Positions 35,148 through 36,934 of a stretch of DNA of 36,934 nt are shown here, piece by piece. This stretch comes from Candidatus Bipolaricaulota bacterium (GTDB lineage: Bacteria > Bipolaricaulota > Bipolaricaulia > UBA7950 > UBA9294): contig JAYEMK010000013.1 in the NCBI GenBank assembly GCA_034718095.1, positions 10,696-47,629 of the forward strand, given 5' to 3'. The position numbers and the translations under genes are program-made. The notes below the pieces were generated by a model. That model saw only the letters and a list, made by a program, of their open reading frames with translations, made no database searches and was not told the origin of the DNA. Position 1 is the first letter of the stretch. Each line of letters opens with the position of its first letter.

Positions 35148-35939
35148 GTGATGTTTTTCTTGGCAATGATGTGGCGTTTTGTTTTTTTATTGGTTTTTTC
35201 GGCCATGTCTCTCCTCGTATTTGTCGGCTTTGGAGATCAGATTTACCTTTCCGATGATCTACTGACTGCCGATAAGGTATTGATCGCCGATTCTCTCTAC
35301 GAAGAGGAGGATGCCGATGAGATTGCCCCAAGGATGTTTCAAGTCTGGCCGGGGAATAACGGATTGCGATCCTCTGATTGGTTTACCGTATGTATCCGGG
35401 CAAATCCAGGGGATGTAATCGTCCTCGCACCTAGGTTATATAGGTTCGATCTTTGGGTGTTCACCCCTCGGCTTACGATAACCAGTCAGGGGGCCACGGA
35501 TGGCTGTGCGGAGATCTGGGGAACGGTACAGATAGAGGCGGATGGGGTGATACTTGACCGGATTGCCATCACCGGCCCGCGTAAGGCGGGCTCAAGTGGG
35601 CACGGGGTGGAGATAGACCGGGAGGTCGTCGATCGGGTTCTAATCCGTGGCTGCCGCATAGAGAAAAACGAGTGGACCGGGATTCACCTCATCGGTCCCC
35701 GTGGACGGATTGACGAGCTGCGGGTTCACGACTGCCGACTCATAGAAAACGGGATGGATGGAATGGATGCCACCTGCGTGGACAAATTGATTATCAGCAG
35801 CTGCACGATTGCTAACAATGGCTGGAACTTTGAACACGGGGCCGGGGTCCGTATTGGAAGCTATGTTAAACATGTAGCCATGCAGGATAACAGGATTTCT
35901 GGAAACCGGTTTGCCGATGTATATAGAAGACAGCGCTGA
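35148..35939 (+). CDS. Membrane-anchored right-handed parallel beta-helix repeat protein (function unknown)
   Basis: 263 aa with a hydrophobic N-terminus (FFLAMMWRFVFLLVFSAMSLLVFVGF). The C-terminal half has repeated units of about 22 aa of the PbH1 type (IRGCRIEKNEWTGIHL / VHDCRLIENGMDGMDA / ISSCTIANNGW..GAGVRI / MQDNRISGNRF). Confidence 0.6.
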   Translation: MMFFLAMMWRFVFLLVFSAMSLLVFVGFGDQIYLSDDLLTADKVLIADSLYEEEDADEIAPRMFQVWPGNNGLRSSDWFTVCIRANPGDVIVLAPRLYRFDLWVFTPRLTITSQGATDGCAEIWGTVQIEADGVILDRIAITGPRKAGSSGHGVEIDREVVDRVLIRGCRIEKNEWTGIHLIGPRGRIDELRVHDCRLIENGMDGMDATCVDKLIISSCTIANNGWNFEHGAGVRIGSYVKHVAMQDNRISGNRFADVYRRQR

Positions 35940-36934
35940 ACGTTTCTCCTCGGCACTGATACGTCTTGCCAGGACACTGGTTATTGCCTGTCTTACTATC
36001 TTTCTTTTCCTTTCTTTTACATTATTTTCTCAGACCACCGACTCCGAGCAGGGCCTCAGCTTTTCATATATTCAAGACGTCATCGGCCCTGCTGAGCAGA
36101 GGCTCAGCACTGATACAACTGTCGAGTTCTCCTCCGCACCGATCGAGGTTGAATACAGGGTGGTGGGCGACACAAACTGGGTGCGGATCGATACATTGAG
36201 CCGGCTCCAGGCCAACGTTGATGGGCTTCAGGCAGGCGGGCTGAAAAGTTCCCTTGAAACCTCACTGGAGAATGCGGCCGCCGCTCTGCAGGCAGTACAG
36301 GATATGTCGGAGCCCGGCTCCATTGTAGAGTTGGAAGATGAGCTGGAGATCGTCGAGAACCGCCTCGATGCCGGATTTATCGATCTTATTGAGGATGACG
36401 GTTCACTCTCGCGGGTCGAGGCCGGGAGGCTGCTCGCCCTTGCCAGGCCGATCGAGAAACGCTTCGATTATCTGGAATACATCGCGGGCAAGGTGAGGCT
36501 TTACGCGAAGGAAGAGGTCCAGCCAGAGTTTACCTCTCTCCTGCGCGACATCGTCCTACAATTGATCGACGGGAACAGGGCGGCCTATATCCAGGGATTG
36601 GAAGAGCTGCTTGATATGAGTGAAAAATACCGTGGTAAGAGCATAAAGGAAGTGGAGGCCGATAGGATCCGGAAAAAATGCGACTACCTGCTGAGGAAGA
36701 TTCAGGCGGGAAAAAGATATGGGGCGCTACAGATCGATCTTACAGACACCATCTTCGGGCTTGAGTTTGCCGGGGACCTCTCGGCGGAAGAGACAATCGG
36801 GGTTGCCCCAACCGTGCGGAGACATACCCTGTCCCTGGAGACTGGGATAGGATTTGATCGAGAGGATTGGGCCGGGTCGGCGAGCTACGGGTATGAAACC
36901 CGCGGATTTGTGGACCGGTTGAAGATCGACGATG
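35917..36934 (+). CDS. Hypothetical secreted or membrane-anchored protein, 3'-truncated by the window edge (not in the supplied ORF track)
   Basis: I translated this frame by hand (coordinate mod 3 = 1). It is open from ATG 35917 to the last base (339+ codons). N-terminus: MYIEDSAERFSSALIRLARTLVIACLTIFLFLSFTLFSQ (signal/anchor), followed by coding-like, helix-rich sequence (..LQANVDGLQAGGLKSSLETSLENAAAALQAVQDM..). It overlaps the preceding gene by 23 nt. No family recognised. Confidence 0.55.
   Translation, partial: MYIEDSAERFSSALIRLARTLVIACLTIFLFLSFTLFSQTTDSEQGLSFSYIQDVIGPAEQRLSTDTTVEFSSAPIEVEYRVVGDTNWVRIDTLSRLQANVDGLQAGGLKSSLETSLENAAAALQAVQDMSEPGSIVELEDELEIVENRLDAGFIDLIEDDGSLSRVEAGRLLALARPIEKRFDYLEYIAGKVRLYAKEEVQPEFTSLLRDIVLQLIDGNRAAYIQGLEELLDMSEKYRGKSIKEVEADRIRKKCDYLLRKIQAGKRYGALQIDLTDTIFGLEFAGDLSAEETIGVAPTVRRHTLSLETGIGFDREDWAGSASYGYETRGFVDRLKIDD

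Noticed and set aside
35966-36199. 77-aa ORF listed in the track downstream of the beta-helix gene.
   Set aside because: It is low-complexity (P/S/L-rich) and fully overlapped by the much longer open-ended frame starting at 35917, which looks genuinely coding.

Overview
This 36.9 kb window is a very compact, almost entirely housekeeping stretch of a bacterial chromosome. GC looks mid-50s % by eye, and the taxon is not identifiable from sequence alone. I support 34 protein-coding genes, 4 tRNAs and one long-form SRP RNA.

Left to right:
- Stand-alone homocysteine S-methyltransferase domain protein (-), divergent from tungsten aldehyde:ferredoxin oxidoreductase plus mobB.
- Orphan MalK-type ABC ATPase, convergent with a phosphofructokinase.
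- accA-accD and a DUF502 membrane protein (-).
- acs plus a SatP/YaaH acetate channel, then prfA.
- tRNA-Ile, a PC4-like small protein, tRNA-Glu, lspA, tmk, dnaN (+).
- alaS (-).
- A peptide-type ABC importer (two permeases plus binding protein, no ATPase genes).
- eno, ftsB, dnaE, yvcK (+).
- On the minus strand: tRNA-Thr, tRNA-Ser, SRP RNA, thpR, archease, rtcB.
- rqcH, a site-2 protease, tig, clpP (+).
- A membrane-anchored beta-helix protein and an open-ended unknown ORF that the ORF track does not list.

I found no CRISPR array, transposase, integrase, prophage or recognisable defence or toxin module, and no convincing evidence for a wholly new system.

The most unusual points are:
1. Stable-RNA genes run without a visible terminator or promoter into a thpR-archease-rtcB RNA-repair operon.
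2. A PC4-like gene is embedded between two tRNAs, and lspA starts 9 nt after the second tRNA.
3. The canonical clpX position after tig-clpP is occupied by two uncharacterised envelope proteins.
4. All three convergent gene junctions have zero or negative spacing.

Many genes appear to use GTG or TTG starts. Several ORF-track starts look too far upstream, and I give refined starts in the features. All calls rest on motif recognition by eye. No searches were run.
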